Source of the DNA: Candidatus Latescibacterota bacterium
GTDB taxonomy: Bacteria; Latescibacterota; UBA2968; UBA8231
Length of the DNA: 64,000 nucleotides
Direction of reading: 5' to 3'
Assembly: GCA_965223905.1 (NCBI GenBank)
Contig: CBDCXV010000002.1
Location: forward strand, 352,001 to 416,000
Part shown: positions 19,953 through 29,186 of the stretch, one piece after another
Layout: each line of letters begins with the position of its first letter
How positions within the stretch are numbered: position 1 is the stretch's first letter
Made by a program: the position numbers and the translations under genes
Notes under the pieces: model-generated
Told to the model about the DNA's origin: nothing
Databases searched by the model: none
What the model saw: only the letters and a program-made list of their open reading frames with translations

Positions 19953-21047
19953 ATGGATTTGGGAGAGACTGGTTTTCACAAGAACGAGCTGGATACCCCT
20001 TTCCTTTGGGTCGATCTCAAAGGGATGGAGAAAAATATCGCCGAACTATCCCGGTTTTTCTCCGAAGCCGGGGTTAACTGGCGGCCCCACACCAAGGGGA
20101 TCAAGGTGCCCGCCATCGCACACCGAGCGATAGCCGCGGGGGCAATCGGGGTCACCTGCGCCAAGCTGGGAGAAGCCGAGGTAATGGCCGCCGCCGGAAT
20201 CAGCGACATTCTGGTGGCAAATCAGGTTGTGGGACCTCGCAAAGTCGCTCGACTCGTGAACCTGTGCCGGCAGGCAGACGTCAAGGTTGCCGTGGACAAC
20301 GCCGACAATATCGCCGCCATCGGTGACGCCGCCATCGACAAGGGGGTCGAGGTCGGTGTGCTGGTCGAGGTGGATACGGGCATGGGGCGAGCCGGGGTCG
20401 CCCCGGGCAAAGCGGTGGTGGATCTCTCGCGGCTGGCAGCGGAGACAGCAGGAATCAACTACCAGGGACTAATGGCTTGGGAAGGTCACGCGGTCAGCCT
20501 TTTCGAGCGACGCGAAAAGCGGGAGGCCATCGAGCGGTCGGTCGGACTGCTGGTCGACTCGGCGGAACTGTGTCGGAGTGCGGGACTTTCGGTTCCAATC
20601 GTAAGCGGCGGGGGCAGCGGGACCTACAAGGTGACTCCGTTTCTCCAGGGGATCACCGAAATTCAGGCCGGCGGGGCGATCTTCAACGACCCCCGTTACT
20701 CTCTACGGCACGTGGAGACCGACATCTGCATCTACGTGCGCTCGACGGTTACGAGCCGGCCCGTACCCGAACGCATGATCTTCGACGCTGGTTTCAAGGC
20801 CCTGCCGGCATGGCCGGGGCAGCCTGTGGCAGTGGGGATCGAGGATGTAGAGGAAATTACGACATCGGCCGAACACCTCGTGATGAAGCTGCGCAAGCCC
20901 AACTACGAGGTACGGGTTGGCGACGCCGCCGATTTCCAGCTGGGGTACATCGACGCCACCCTGTTCCTTCACGACAACCTCTACGGCGTCCGCGACGGGG
21001 TCGTCGAGACGGTCTGGCCGATCCTCGGTCGCGGCAAAGTGCGGTAG
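19953..21047 (+). CDS. DSD1/D-threonine aldolase-like PLP enzyme (fold type III)
   Basis: LDTP, RPHTK (PLP Lys), CAKLGEAE, GGGSGT, EIQAG, SAEH. Confidence 0.85.
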   Translation: MDLGETGFHKNELDTPFLWVDLKGMEKNIAELSRFFSEAGVNWRPHTKGIKVPAIAHRAIAAGAIGVTCAKLGEAEVMAAAGISDILVANQVVGPRKVARLVNLCRQADVKVAVDNADNIAAIGDAAIDKGVEVGVLVEVDTGMGRAGVAPGKAVVDLSRLAAETAGINYQGLMAWEGHAVSLFERREKREAIERSVGLLVDSAELCRSAGLSVPIVSGGGSGTYKVTPFLQGITEIQAGGAIFNDPRYSLRHVETDICIYVRSTVTSRPVPERMIFDAGFKALPAWPGQPVAVGIEDVEEITTSAEHLVMKLRKPNYEVRVGDAADFQLGYIDATLFLHDNLYGVRDGVVETVWPILGRGKVR

Positions 21048-21087
21048 CCAAACCGCAAGACGGCTGTACGGGGCTTCCCAGTCCGGT

Positions 21088-22029
21088 TCAGTTCCCGATC
21101 GCCCTGACGATGTGGCCGAAGCTGCGGCGCAACCAGGCGACCTTGTCGGCCGGCAGGGGACCTTTCTTCAGGCTGGTGATGTTGCGCTGAATATGCTCCA
21201 GCCGAATGCTCCCGCACATCACCGTGGTGACGCCTTCGGTGAACGCGGCGTAGCGATAGGCGGCCTCGGGCAGAGACTGAATGTTGCCGTCGGCCAGCAG
21301 GTGATCGAACGGCTGATTCGGTGAATCCTCCGCAATCAGGCCGTCCGCGCGGAGCTCGGCGACGACCTGCCGCAGTCGAATGCGGTCCGAAAACACGTTG
21401 CGGACGGCGAACACGTTGATCGTCCCGATCTCCTGCTCCATGCAGTATGGCAATACCCACTGTTCCGCCGACTGATTCAGCATGTTGTGGCCGACCATCG
21501 CGGCGTCCGCCAATCCTGTCGGCAGAAACGCCCGCAGCCATTCGTGATCGTCGTCTGACCTGGTCACCTCGCTGGAGCCGATGAATCGGATCTTACCCTG
21601 CTCAAGGAGCTTGTCCAGAGCCGGCAGGTGCTCTCCGAGCGCGACCTCGAGAGCCTGGAGATGGCGCGTGGTCACCAGCAGCAGGTCGATGAACTCGAAC
21701 TGGAGCCGCTGAAGGCTGGCCTCGACCGAGGCGACGATCTCCCCGGCGGTGAAGGGGGCGCCGTCATCGTCAGCCAGTGCCACCTTGCTCGATACCACCA
21801 TGCGGTCGCGAGGCAGGTGGCGCAGGGCTCGTCCGAGAATGAGCTCGCTGTCGCCGTAGCCAGGGGACGTGTCGAAATAGTGGATCCCCAAGTCGACGAC
21901 CTTTTGCAGGAGTCGGTGGATCTCCGCTTCGGGCACGCCGGCATTCTGCCCCAGTTGATTGTGTCCACCCGTGCCCATCCCCATGACCGGCACCTCGAGG
22001 CCCGTGCGTCCGAGGGTGCGATAGATCAA
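21088..22029 (-). CDS. Aldo/keto reductase
   Basis: YRTLGRTGLEV, FDTSPGYGDSE, SSK, SLQRL, GKIRFIG; TTG start inferred. Confidence 0.85.
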   Translation of the reverse strand: MIYRTLGRTGLEVPVMGMGTGGHNQLGQNAGVPEAEIHRLLQKVVDLGIHYFDTSPGYGDSELILGRALRHLPRDRMVVSSKVALADDDGAPFTAGEIVASVEASLQRLQFEFIDLLLVTTRHLQALEVALGEHLPALDKLLEQGKIRFIGSSEVTRSDDDHEWLRAFLPTGLADAAMVGHNMLNQSAEQWVLPYCMEQEIGTINVFAVRNVFSDRIRLRQVVAELRADGLIAEDSPNQPFDHLLADGNIQSLPEAAYRYAAFTEGVTTVMCGSIRLEHIQRNITSLKKGPLPADKVAWLRRSFGHIVRAIGN

Positions 22030-22147
22030 TTGGCGCCGTCCTGTTTTTCTGGGATTAGAACAACAACCTACATTAGCCGCTTTCTGTATTTCAAGAAAAC
22101 GGAAGCGGATGGCAGGATCGCCACCCACTAAAAACTCCCCTCACCGG

Positions 22148-23128
22148 ATGGAACGAATCGAGCCGCCTCTCGAGGCGAATCTGAAGGAGCAGTTCGTCGC
22201 CTTGTGGGAGGGTATTTTCGAGACCTCCTACGACTTCCTCGAAACGGTCCTGAAGGGCGGAGAAACGGGATTCAATCGCGACCTGTTTTACTGCATTTCA
22301 CGAGACGGCCGAACCGCGGCTACCTCGCATGTGACGGTGCCGCGCGGAGACCCCACAATCGGAGGTCTCGGAGAGGTAGCGACCGCTGTCGGCCACCGTC
22401 GCCAGGGCATGGCCGCGGCGACCTGTAAGCGCGTGCTGCAGGATTTCAGGCAGAGTGGAGGGGAAGCGCTATTTCTCGGCACCGGCAATCCGGATGCGGC
22501 GCGAGTTTATCACCGACTGGGCTGGCGCAAGTTGTGCGGTTCGAATTCCATGGTCGCCCTGAACCGGCCGCAATCGCCCGAGGCATTCCTCGTCGACTAC
22601 TTCCGCGGCGGTCAACCCGGGGAGATCCGGCCGGCATCGCCGGCCTCTCGAGTGCCGATGATCCCGCTGATCCACACGCCACACGACTGGAAGATCCTCG
22701 ACGCCAACGTTCCGCTCCACTCGAACCGTTACGAGGTGCAGCCTTCGGTCATGGGACTGTACCCCAAGTACGAATCCCTGCTGCGCGCCGGGGGAACCTG
22801 GTTCGAGCTGAGCTGCGACCGCGGCCGCACGGTAGGTCTGGCCAGCGCACGGATGGCGGAGCCGGCTGTCTGCAGGGTGGACGGTTTCGCCCACGCACTC
22901 TACCAGGAAGGATGGCCGGACCTCATCGACGCCGCCTGCCGCTGGGGAAGCGAACGGGGAGCCGCGGTGAGCGAGGCCGTGGTTTGCACCGAAGACGAGG
23001 AAAAACTGGAGGCGTTTCGACTGCTCGGTTTTGCCATCGATCGTGCCGGTCCGGACATGGCCGTCAGCGGCCGTGCCATCGCTTCACATGTGTTGCGCAA
23101 GGAGAACAGAAACGGGGTGCCAGGCTGA
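22148..23128 (+). CDS. Tandem GNAT acetyltransferase
   Basis: VATAVGHRRQGMA and A.RVYHRLGW motifs; second degenerate GNAT domain. Confidence 0.75.
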   Translation: MERIEPPLEANLKEQFVALWEGIFETSYDFLETVLKGGETGFNRDLFYCISRDGRTAATSHVTVPRGDPTIGGLGEVATAVGHRRQGMAAATCKRVLQDFRQSGGEALFLGTGNPDAARVYHRLGWRKLCGSNSMVALNRPQSPEAFLVDYFRGGQPGEIRPASPASRVPMIPLIHTPHDWKILDANVPLHSNRYEVQPSVMGLYPKYESLLRAGGTWFELSCDRGRTVGLASARMAEPAVCRVDGFAHALYQEGWPDLIDAACRWGSERGAAVSEAVVCTEDEEKLEAFRLLGFAIDRAGPDMAVSGRAIASHVLRKENRNGVPG

Positions 23129-23130
23129 GG

Positions 23131-24298
23131 ATGCAGATATCCGACGTAAAGCTGTTCATCGTAAACAAGGGCGGCAATGTCGAGTTCGGCCTGGGGAACA
23201 CGGCCAACTACGTGATCCTGACCATCCACACCGACCGCGGGATAAAGGGGGTGGGGGAAGCTTTCCACAGCCTCGACGAGCCGATAGAAGGGTGCGTGAC
23301 CAAGTACAAGCGCTGGCTGATCGGAGAGGACCCGACCAAGGTCCTCCACCACTGGCAGGCGATCTATCGCGGCTTGCGCTATCCCCTCGGCACTGCCGAG
23401 CTAGCCGCGTTGAGCGCCGTGGAGCAGGCGCTCTGGGACATCGCCGGCAAGGACTGCGGTCTGCCGATTTACAAGATGCTCGGGGGGCCGAGCCGCGACC
23501 GCGTGCGCGGGTACGCCAGCGGCGGCTGCTGGCCCTCGGGGAACCACGGCACCTTCCTGGAACAGGTGCAGGCCGTCGTCGAGGCGGGATGGCCGGCCCT
23601 GAAGTTCAGCCCTCAGGTAGAAGAGTACGCCTACGATCCCCCGGCCGACGTGGCACCACCCGCAGCAGCGATCCTCGCTCGGCGAGCTCGCCGCCATGGT
23701 GGGCCGGGTGCGCAGGGTGCGGGAAACAGTCGGCGACGACGTCGAGATCTGCCTCGACTACCACGGCCGCAGCATTTCTCCCGCGGAGGCCATACGCCTG
23801 GCCAGGGAAATCGAGCCGTACCACCCGTTCTTTCTCGAAGAGCCGGCCCTGACCGAGAACCCGGATTCCCTGGTGCAGATCAAGGGGCAGACCGCCATCC
23901 CGATCGCCGGTGGCGAACGGGTGGTGCACCGCGACCTGTTCAAGTCGGTGATCGAGAAACGGGCCGTCGACATTCTGCAGCTCGAGCCGACGGCGTGCGG
24001 CGGAATCCTCGAGACCGTGAAACGCGCGGCGGTGGCGGAGCTCTACCACGTCGTGCTGGCGCCTCACCACGCCGGAAGCCCGGTGGCCCTGTGCGCCTGC
24101 GCCCACACCGACGTCGGCTCTCCCCTGAACCGGGACCTGTTCTCCGGCATGCCGAGAGTGACCGGCGGATGGATCGAAATGACGGGAGCGCCCGGTATCG
24201 GGTTGGAGTTCAACGAGGAAGCCGCGGGGGACCACCCGCCGAAGACCTGGGACCGGCCAGTTGTCATCGAAGCGGACGGCTCCATCGGACTCGAGTAG
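23131..24298 (+). pseudogene. Galactonate dehydratase-like enolase-superfamily gene with a +1 frameshift and an apparent C-terminal internal deletion
   Basis: N half (SAVEQALWDIAGK..PIYKMLGG..R) and C half (DYHG, EEP, GER, APH) are in different frames; removing one C from the C5 run at 23638-23642 joins them. Confidence 0.7.
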
Positions 24299-24316
24299 GT
24301 CCCCCTCCGTCACTGC

Positions 24317-24720
24317 ATCAGGTGATTGCCCACCGTCCCCGTGACGGGTCGAGGATCCAGAACAGCCCGTACATGGCGAACTGCCCTATGGTCATGCCGA
24401 GAAAGAGCGGCCGGATCGCGCCGTAGGAATAAGCCGATGCAGCACCATAACCGAGCATCCGACGAGGCCGATCAGGATTATTGCGAGCATGCTCCAGAAC
24501 AGGGGGCGCTTGCGGCCTTCGGCCTCCTCGCTCAGCTTGATCCCGTTGGCGCCATCAGGCCGGAAACGGCGCCCTTGCGGGCAACCTTTCAGTGATGCTC
24601 GCGGGACACCAAATGCGATGGTGCACCAGACTTGGCAGTCCAGACGCTGAGGACCGGCTCCCTGCTGTCGGCAAATCCGAGGTTCGTGTAGATCCCTTCC
24701 TGAACGATGTTCAACGGGTG
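24317..24720 (-). pseudogene. Remnant of a DUF6785/DUF6784-type membrane protein
   Basis: Fragments NGIKLSEEAEGRKRPLFWSMLAIILIGLVG and AIRPLFLGMTIGQFAMYGLFWILD in different frames. Confidence 0.45.
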
Positions 24721-24943
24721 AACCTCCACAGGCGGGGCAGGAGGTCGCCGAAGCGCCGGTTTGACCTGTTTCCCAACCCGTGGCGACGTTTCGCCACGAG
24801 ACCATTTGCCGGTTCCCCCCGTCTTGCGGTGTGTTGCCATCGACCGCCGTATCCCCCCCGGAAGGTCCCACCCGGCGGCTTGCGAGCCGGCCTCCCCGTG
24901 CCTCAATTCAGGCAACCCATTTCCAAGGGACAGTACACTACCC

Positions 24944-26083
24944 ATGCAGGAGATCAGGATGAATCCGGCACAACTCTACCGCGACCTCGGGGCCACCCCG
25001 GTTATCAATGCCGCCGGTTACCAGACCGTTCTGGGCGGATCGCGCCTTTCCCCCCGAGTGCAGGAGGCGATGGCCGCGGCCAATCGCCATTACGTCGAGA
25101 TGGAGAGGTTGCTGCTGAGCACGGGAGAGGAGATTGCCGGTCTGCTCGGCTGCGAGGCGGCGATGGTGACTCCCGGCTGCGGGGCCGCGCTCGCCCTGTC
25201 GTCGGCGGCCTGCATGTCCGTTGGGAATCCCGGGAGGATGGAGCAGCTGCCCGATACTACCGGGATTGCGAACGAGTTTCTGCTGCAGGCGCGGCAACAT
25301 TACCACTACCAGCGCTGCCTGACGATCTTCGGCGGGGTGCTCGTCGACGCGGGGGACGACGCCGGAACCTCGGCGGCCCAACTGCAAGCCGCGGTCAGTG
25401 GCAACACCGCGGCGATCCATTTCTTCGCATCGGGTGACGAGGACGACTCGATTCTCGACCTCGAAGGGGTCTTCTCAGTGGCCGCACCCAGGGGGCTGCC
25501 GGTCACGGTCGACGCGGCGTACCAGGTCTACCCGCTCGAGACCATGTGGCATGTCGCCTCCTGCGGCGGCCTCGTCGGTTTCGGCGCCAAGTACATAGGG
25601 GCGCCCAATTCCACCGGCATCCTGTGCGGGCCTCGCGAGCTGCTCGAAGCGGCCTACCTGCACAGCTTCATCGGCTTCGAGACCAGCGATTACGAAACCC
25701 TGGGGCGCCCCTTGAAGCTCGATCGCCAGGAAATCGTCGCGGTGGTCGTGGCGCTAAGGGAGTGGTTGGCGATGGATCACGGCGCCCGCATCGCCGAGCA
25801 CTGGGCCAGGGCGGATCGCATCCTCGACGCTCTCGACGGCGTGCCCCATGTCGAAGCGGCGCGGCACGTGGAGGAGAACAGCCTCAGCAACGGCGTCATG
25901 GTGACTCTCGACGAGCAGGCCCTGGGGAGGACGGCAGGCGAAGTCGTCGCGGCGCTGAAGGGAGAGGACCCGAGCATCTGGACGCGCCAGTACGGCTCGC
26001 GAATCCGCGTGGCCGTGGCGCATCTGATCGAAGACGAGGCCGACACCGTCAATGCGCGGCTGAGACACCATCTGAAAGGGTGA
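24944..26083 (+). CDS. SelA/DgaE-like PLP-dependent enzyme
   Basis: PVINAAG..T.LGGS, VTPGCGAAL, VDAA, GAKYIGAP, GRPLKLDRQEIV. Confidence 0.8.
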   Translation: MQEIRMNPAQLYRDLGATPVINAAGYQTVLGGSRLSPRVQEAMAAANRHYVEMERLLLSTGEEIAGLLGCEAAMVTPGCGAALALSSAACMSVGNPGRMEQLPDTTGIANEFLLQARQHYHYQRCLTIFGGVLVDAGDDAGTSAAQLQAAVSGNTAAIHFFASGDEDDSILDLEGVFSVAAPRGLPVTVDAAYQVYPLETMWHVASCGGLVGFGAKYIGAPNSTGILCGPRELLEAAYLHSFIGFETSDYETLGRPLKLDRQEIVAVVVALREWLAMDHGARIAEHWARADRILDALDGVPHVEAARHVEENSLSNGVMVTLDEQALGRTAGEVVAALKGEDPSIWTRQYGSRIRVAVAHLIEDEADTVNARLRHHLKG

Positions 26084-26393
26084 CGAGGCCTGGAAATATC
26101 TCGGTATCCCGCCCGTTGAGCGCGCCGATGTCGCCGAAGAACAACGCCTTCCCCGTCTGACCGGCGCGGCTCCAGTCGGGAAACGATCCCGATCGTTCGT
26201 TTTCGTCATGTTACGGAAAATACCGGGATGCGGAGCGAAGCTCGGATGCCCAGTGGTACAGGGGGAAATCCCCCTTCCGTCAAGGGATAATTCCCAACCG
26301 CCAGATCGTCGTCCCCTTCGGGCAACCTCGGCGATTCAGGTATCGCTGGCGGAGATTTGACGGGAAGCCCGAATGCGCCATTTTCCGGCGCCC

Positions 26394-27473
26394 ATGAAGC
26401 TGCTGTTCGATGGCCACCTCGATCTGGCCCTCTATGCCCTGGCCTGGAACCGGGACGTCACCGAGACCACCTCTCTGATCAACAGGCGCGAGGCCCACAT
26501 GTCCGGGTTCGGCCGCGGCCTCGCCAACGCCAGCCTGCCGGAAATGCGCCGCGGTGGCGTGGCAGCATGCCTTTCGACCGTCGCCGCCCGCGCCAACCGG
26601 GAGGTGCAGCCGCCGGAAGGCCACAAGCGCACCGACCTGGATTTCGGCACCCCGTCCATGGCCTACGCCTGGGCCCAGGGGCAGCTCGCCTACTACCGCG
26701 CCCTGCAGCGACAGGGAGAGATATCCCTGATCGGCGCCGCGGCGGAGTTGCGGTCCCACTGGCAGAGCTGGAGCCGGGCGGAAACCCGCGATGAGCTGCC
26801 GGTCGGCATCATCGTATCGATGGAATGCGCAGATCCCATCATCGAGCCTGCGCAGGCGGCGGATTGGTTCGCCGACGGGGTGCGCTCGGTGAGCCTGGCT
26901 CACTTCGGCCCGAGTCGCTACGCCCAGGGGACAGGGGCCGACGGGCCGTTGACCCGCAAAGGGTTCGAGCTGCTGCGCGAGTTCGAGAGCGTCGGCATGG
27001 TTCTCGATCTCACCCACACCGCCGACCAGGCCTTCTACCAGGCCCTGGATTCCTTCGGCGGGCCGGTGATCGCCAGTCACACCAACTGCCGCGCCCTGGT
27101 TCCCGGGGACCGTCAGTTTGCCGACGAGCAGCTGAAGCTGCTGATCGAGCGTGGTGCCGTCATCGGCTCGGCTTTCGACGCCTGGATGCTGGTGCCGGGC
27201 TGGGTGGTCTACGAGTCGCAGCCCGGGGATCTGCCGATGGAGAGGGTAGCCGACCATGTCGACCGCGTCTGCCAGCTGGCGGGCAACGCCCGGCACGCCG
27301 CCATCGGCACGGACACCGGTACCAACGACCACATGCCCGTGGATTTCAGGACCAGTGCCGACCTGCGAAAGATCGAGGAGATTCTCGAGCGCCGCGGCTA
27401 CTCGGATGGCGATATCGATCGCATTCTGTACCTGAACTGGCTGGAGTTCTTTCTCCGCCACCTGCCGTCGTAG
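26394..27473 (+). CDS. Membrane dipeptidase family (M19) amidohydrolase
   Basis: DGHLD, SME, DLTH, ASHTNCR, H.AIGTD. Confidence 0.85.
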   Translation: MKLLFDGHLDLALYALAWNRDVTETTSLINRREAHMSGFGRGLANASLPEMRRGGVAACLSTVAARANREVQPPEGHKRTDLDFGTPSMAYAWAQGQLAYYRALQRQGEISLIGAAAELRSHWQSWSRAETRDELPVGIIVSMECADPIIEPAQAADWFADGVRSVSLAHFGPSRYAQGTGADGPLTRKGFELLREFESVGMVLDLTHTADQAFYQALDSFGGPVIASHTNCRALVPGDRQFADEQLKLLIERGAVIGSAFDAWMLVPGWVVYESQPGDLPMERVADHVDRVCQLAGNARHAAIGTDTGTNDHMPVDFRTSADLRKIEEILERRGYSDGDIDRILYLNWLEFFLRHLPS

Positions 27474-27479
27474 GACCCC

Positions 27480-28325
27480 ATCAGCTCCACCCTGCTGCTA
27501 ATTCTCTCCGTCGTAACCTCCTTCCTGTTCGGCCAGCTGTTCAAGTGGTCGCAGCGCCGCGGCTGCTTCGGACCGCTGGTGGTGACCGCAAATTACCTCG
27601 TAGCCGCCGCGGTCCTGGCTGCGTACCTGCAGTGGCGGGGCGGCATCGAGCTGGGGCCCCCGGTGGTCCTCGTCGGGGGGGCAACCGGGTTTTCTTTCGT
27701 CGTCTCGATGTTCCTGATGACCTGGGCGCTAGAGGTTTCCGACGCCGCTATCATCCTCACCGCCTTCCGCCTGTCGATCGTCGTGCCGATCGCCGTTTCC
27801 GTGCTGCTGTGGAACGAGGAGGTATCGGCGTTGCAGTTCGCCGGCGTCGTCCTGGCGATGCTCTCGCTGGTGCTGATGAGCGCGGGCACCAAAGGCCTTG
27901 GTCTGCGGGGGCTGGTGCCGCAGGCCGCCCTTGCGGTAACCGTCTGCCTGCTCCAGGGGGTGAGCCACACCTGCGTGCGCTGGGTGCATCACGCCGGCCT
28001 CGACGGCTATCAGCTCGAGGTGCTGATGGTCATCACCGGCAGCGCCGGCATCCTCGGGGCGGTGGCTTTGGGGTTGGCGGGCAGACCTCCGAACCTGGAC
28101 GCGGTGCGCGTGGGGGCCGGTATCGGCGCTTTCAACGCCCTGGCGCTGGCGATCTTTCTCGCCACCCTGGCGCGCTTCTCCAGCGCCCAGTTCTTCCCGA
28201 TCACCGGCTGCGCCGTCGTGATAATGGACGTCCTGGTTGCCCGCGTCGTCTGGCGGGAACGGGTTTCCCCGCTGAGCGCCATCGGCGCCGCGGCCGGCGC
28301 CGGGTCGATGCTGCTGGTGTTCTGA
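27480..28325 (+). CDS. EamA/DMT-family transporter (start uncertain)
   Basis: About 10 TM helices; LLWNE and VVWRE repeats; the first helix lies upstream of the called GTG at 27579. Confidence 0.7.
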   Translation: MSSTLLLILSVVTSFLFGQLFKWSQRRGCFGPLVVTANYLVAAAVLAAYLQWRGGIELGPPVVLVGGATGFSFVVSMFLMTWALEVSDAAIILTAFRLSIVVPIAVSVLLWNEEVSALQFAGVVLAMLSLVLMSAGTKGLGLRGLVPQAALAVTVCLLQGVSHTCVRWVHHAGLDGYQLEVLMVITGSAGILGAVALGLAGRPPNLDAVRVGAGIGAFNALALAIFLATLARFSSAQFFPITGCAVVIMDVLVARVVWRERVSPLSAIGAAAGAGSMLLVF

Positions 28326-29177
28326 TCAGGCGCCGGCCGCGGCCTCGTTCAGCAGCGCTTCGATGTCCTCACCCGGGTGGCTCGGAGGTCCGACGATGGC
28401 GCGCTGAAGGGCCGTCAGCTCGATCTCTTCCCACTGGGGGTTGTAGCTGTGAAGGTGGGACGAAGGGGAGTAGAGGTAGCGCAGCAGCCGCCGCTCGTGG
28501 TCCGCTTTCCAGGGCAGGGTCCCGTGGGTGAGGGCCTCGGTGAAGATCACCGCGTCCCCGGCCCGCATCGGGATATGCAGGATGCATCCGAGGTCGATTT
28601 CGAGGCGGCGGCACCTCCAGGGGGCAGAGGTAGTTGGCCTTGTGGCTGCCGGGATGCAGGCGAATCCCCCGTCCTCGGGGCCGACGTCGCTGAGGGAGTA
28701 GCTCACCGACATCAGGCCGTTGTTCATGCGCCCGTTCTCGAAGCGGTGGTAGAACACGTCGCGCATGTGGTCGTGCTCGGGGGTTCCCCCGCCGTGGAAG
28801 ATGAACCCCTCGCTGCCCCGCGTCATGCTGATGCCGGCGGTGCCGGCGAGGCGGAAGCGCGGACCGATGACCGCCACTATCGCCCGCAGGATGCCCGGCA
28901 GGGTGACGACTTCCCGGAACACCCGGCACCAGGGCTCCTCCCAGAACAGGAAGCTGCCGAAGTCGCCGCGGCCGTGGTCCCCCTTCAGGCCTTCAGCAGC
29001 CCGCCCCCCCTGCTCCTCGAGGCTGCCGTCGAGGGCCTGCTCGCGGGTGCGGATGTGGATCTGGTCGCGGTGGTGGTCGATCGCCCCGTTCATCGCTGCG
29101 ACCTGCGCCGGGGTCAGGGCGCCGGGGACGAGGATGTAGCCGTTGAGGTCGAAGAGGTATTTCTCGTATTCGGTCAT
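28326..29177 (-). CDS. PhyH-family Fe(II)/2-oxoglutarate oxygenase (HGG variant) with a compensated frameshift
   Basis: YLFDLNGY, FHGG, GDAVIFTEALTHGT..RR; the GSHK motif is in an alternate frame at 28600-28660. Confidence 0.8.
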   Translation of the reverse strand: MTEYEKYLFDLNGYILVPGALTPAQVAAMNGAIDHHRDQIHIRTREQALDGSLEEQGGRAAEGLKGDHGRGDFGSFLFWEEPWCRVFREVVTLPGILRAIVAVIGPRFRLAGTAGISMTRGSEGFIFHGGGTPEHDHMRDVFYHRFENGRMNNGLMSVSYSLSDVGPEDGGFACIPAATRPTTSAPWRCRRLEIDLGCILHIPMRAGDAVIFTEALTHGTLPWKADHERRLLRYLYSPSSHLHSYNPQWEEIELTALQRAIVGPPSHPGEDIEALLNEAAAGA

Positions 29178-29186
29178 GGCTGCAGG

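Noticed and set aside
24944-26083. Calling this gene selA (selenocysteine synthase)
   Set aside because: Lacks the SelA N-terminal domain and there is no selB/selC/selD context; a DgaE-like assignment fits better.
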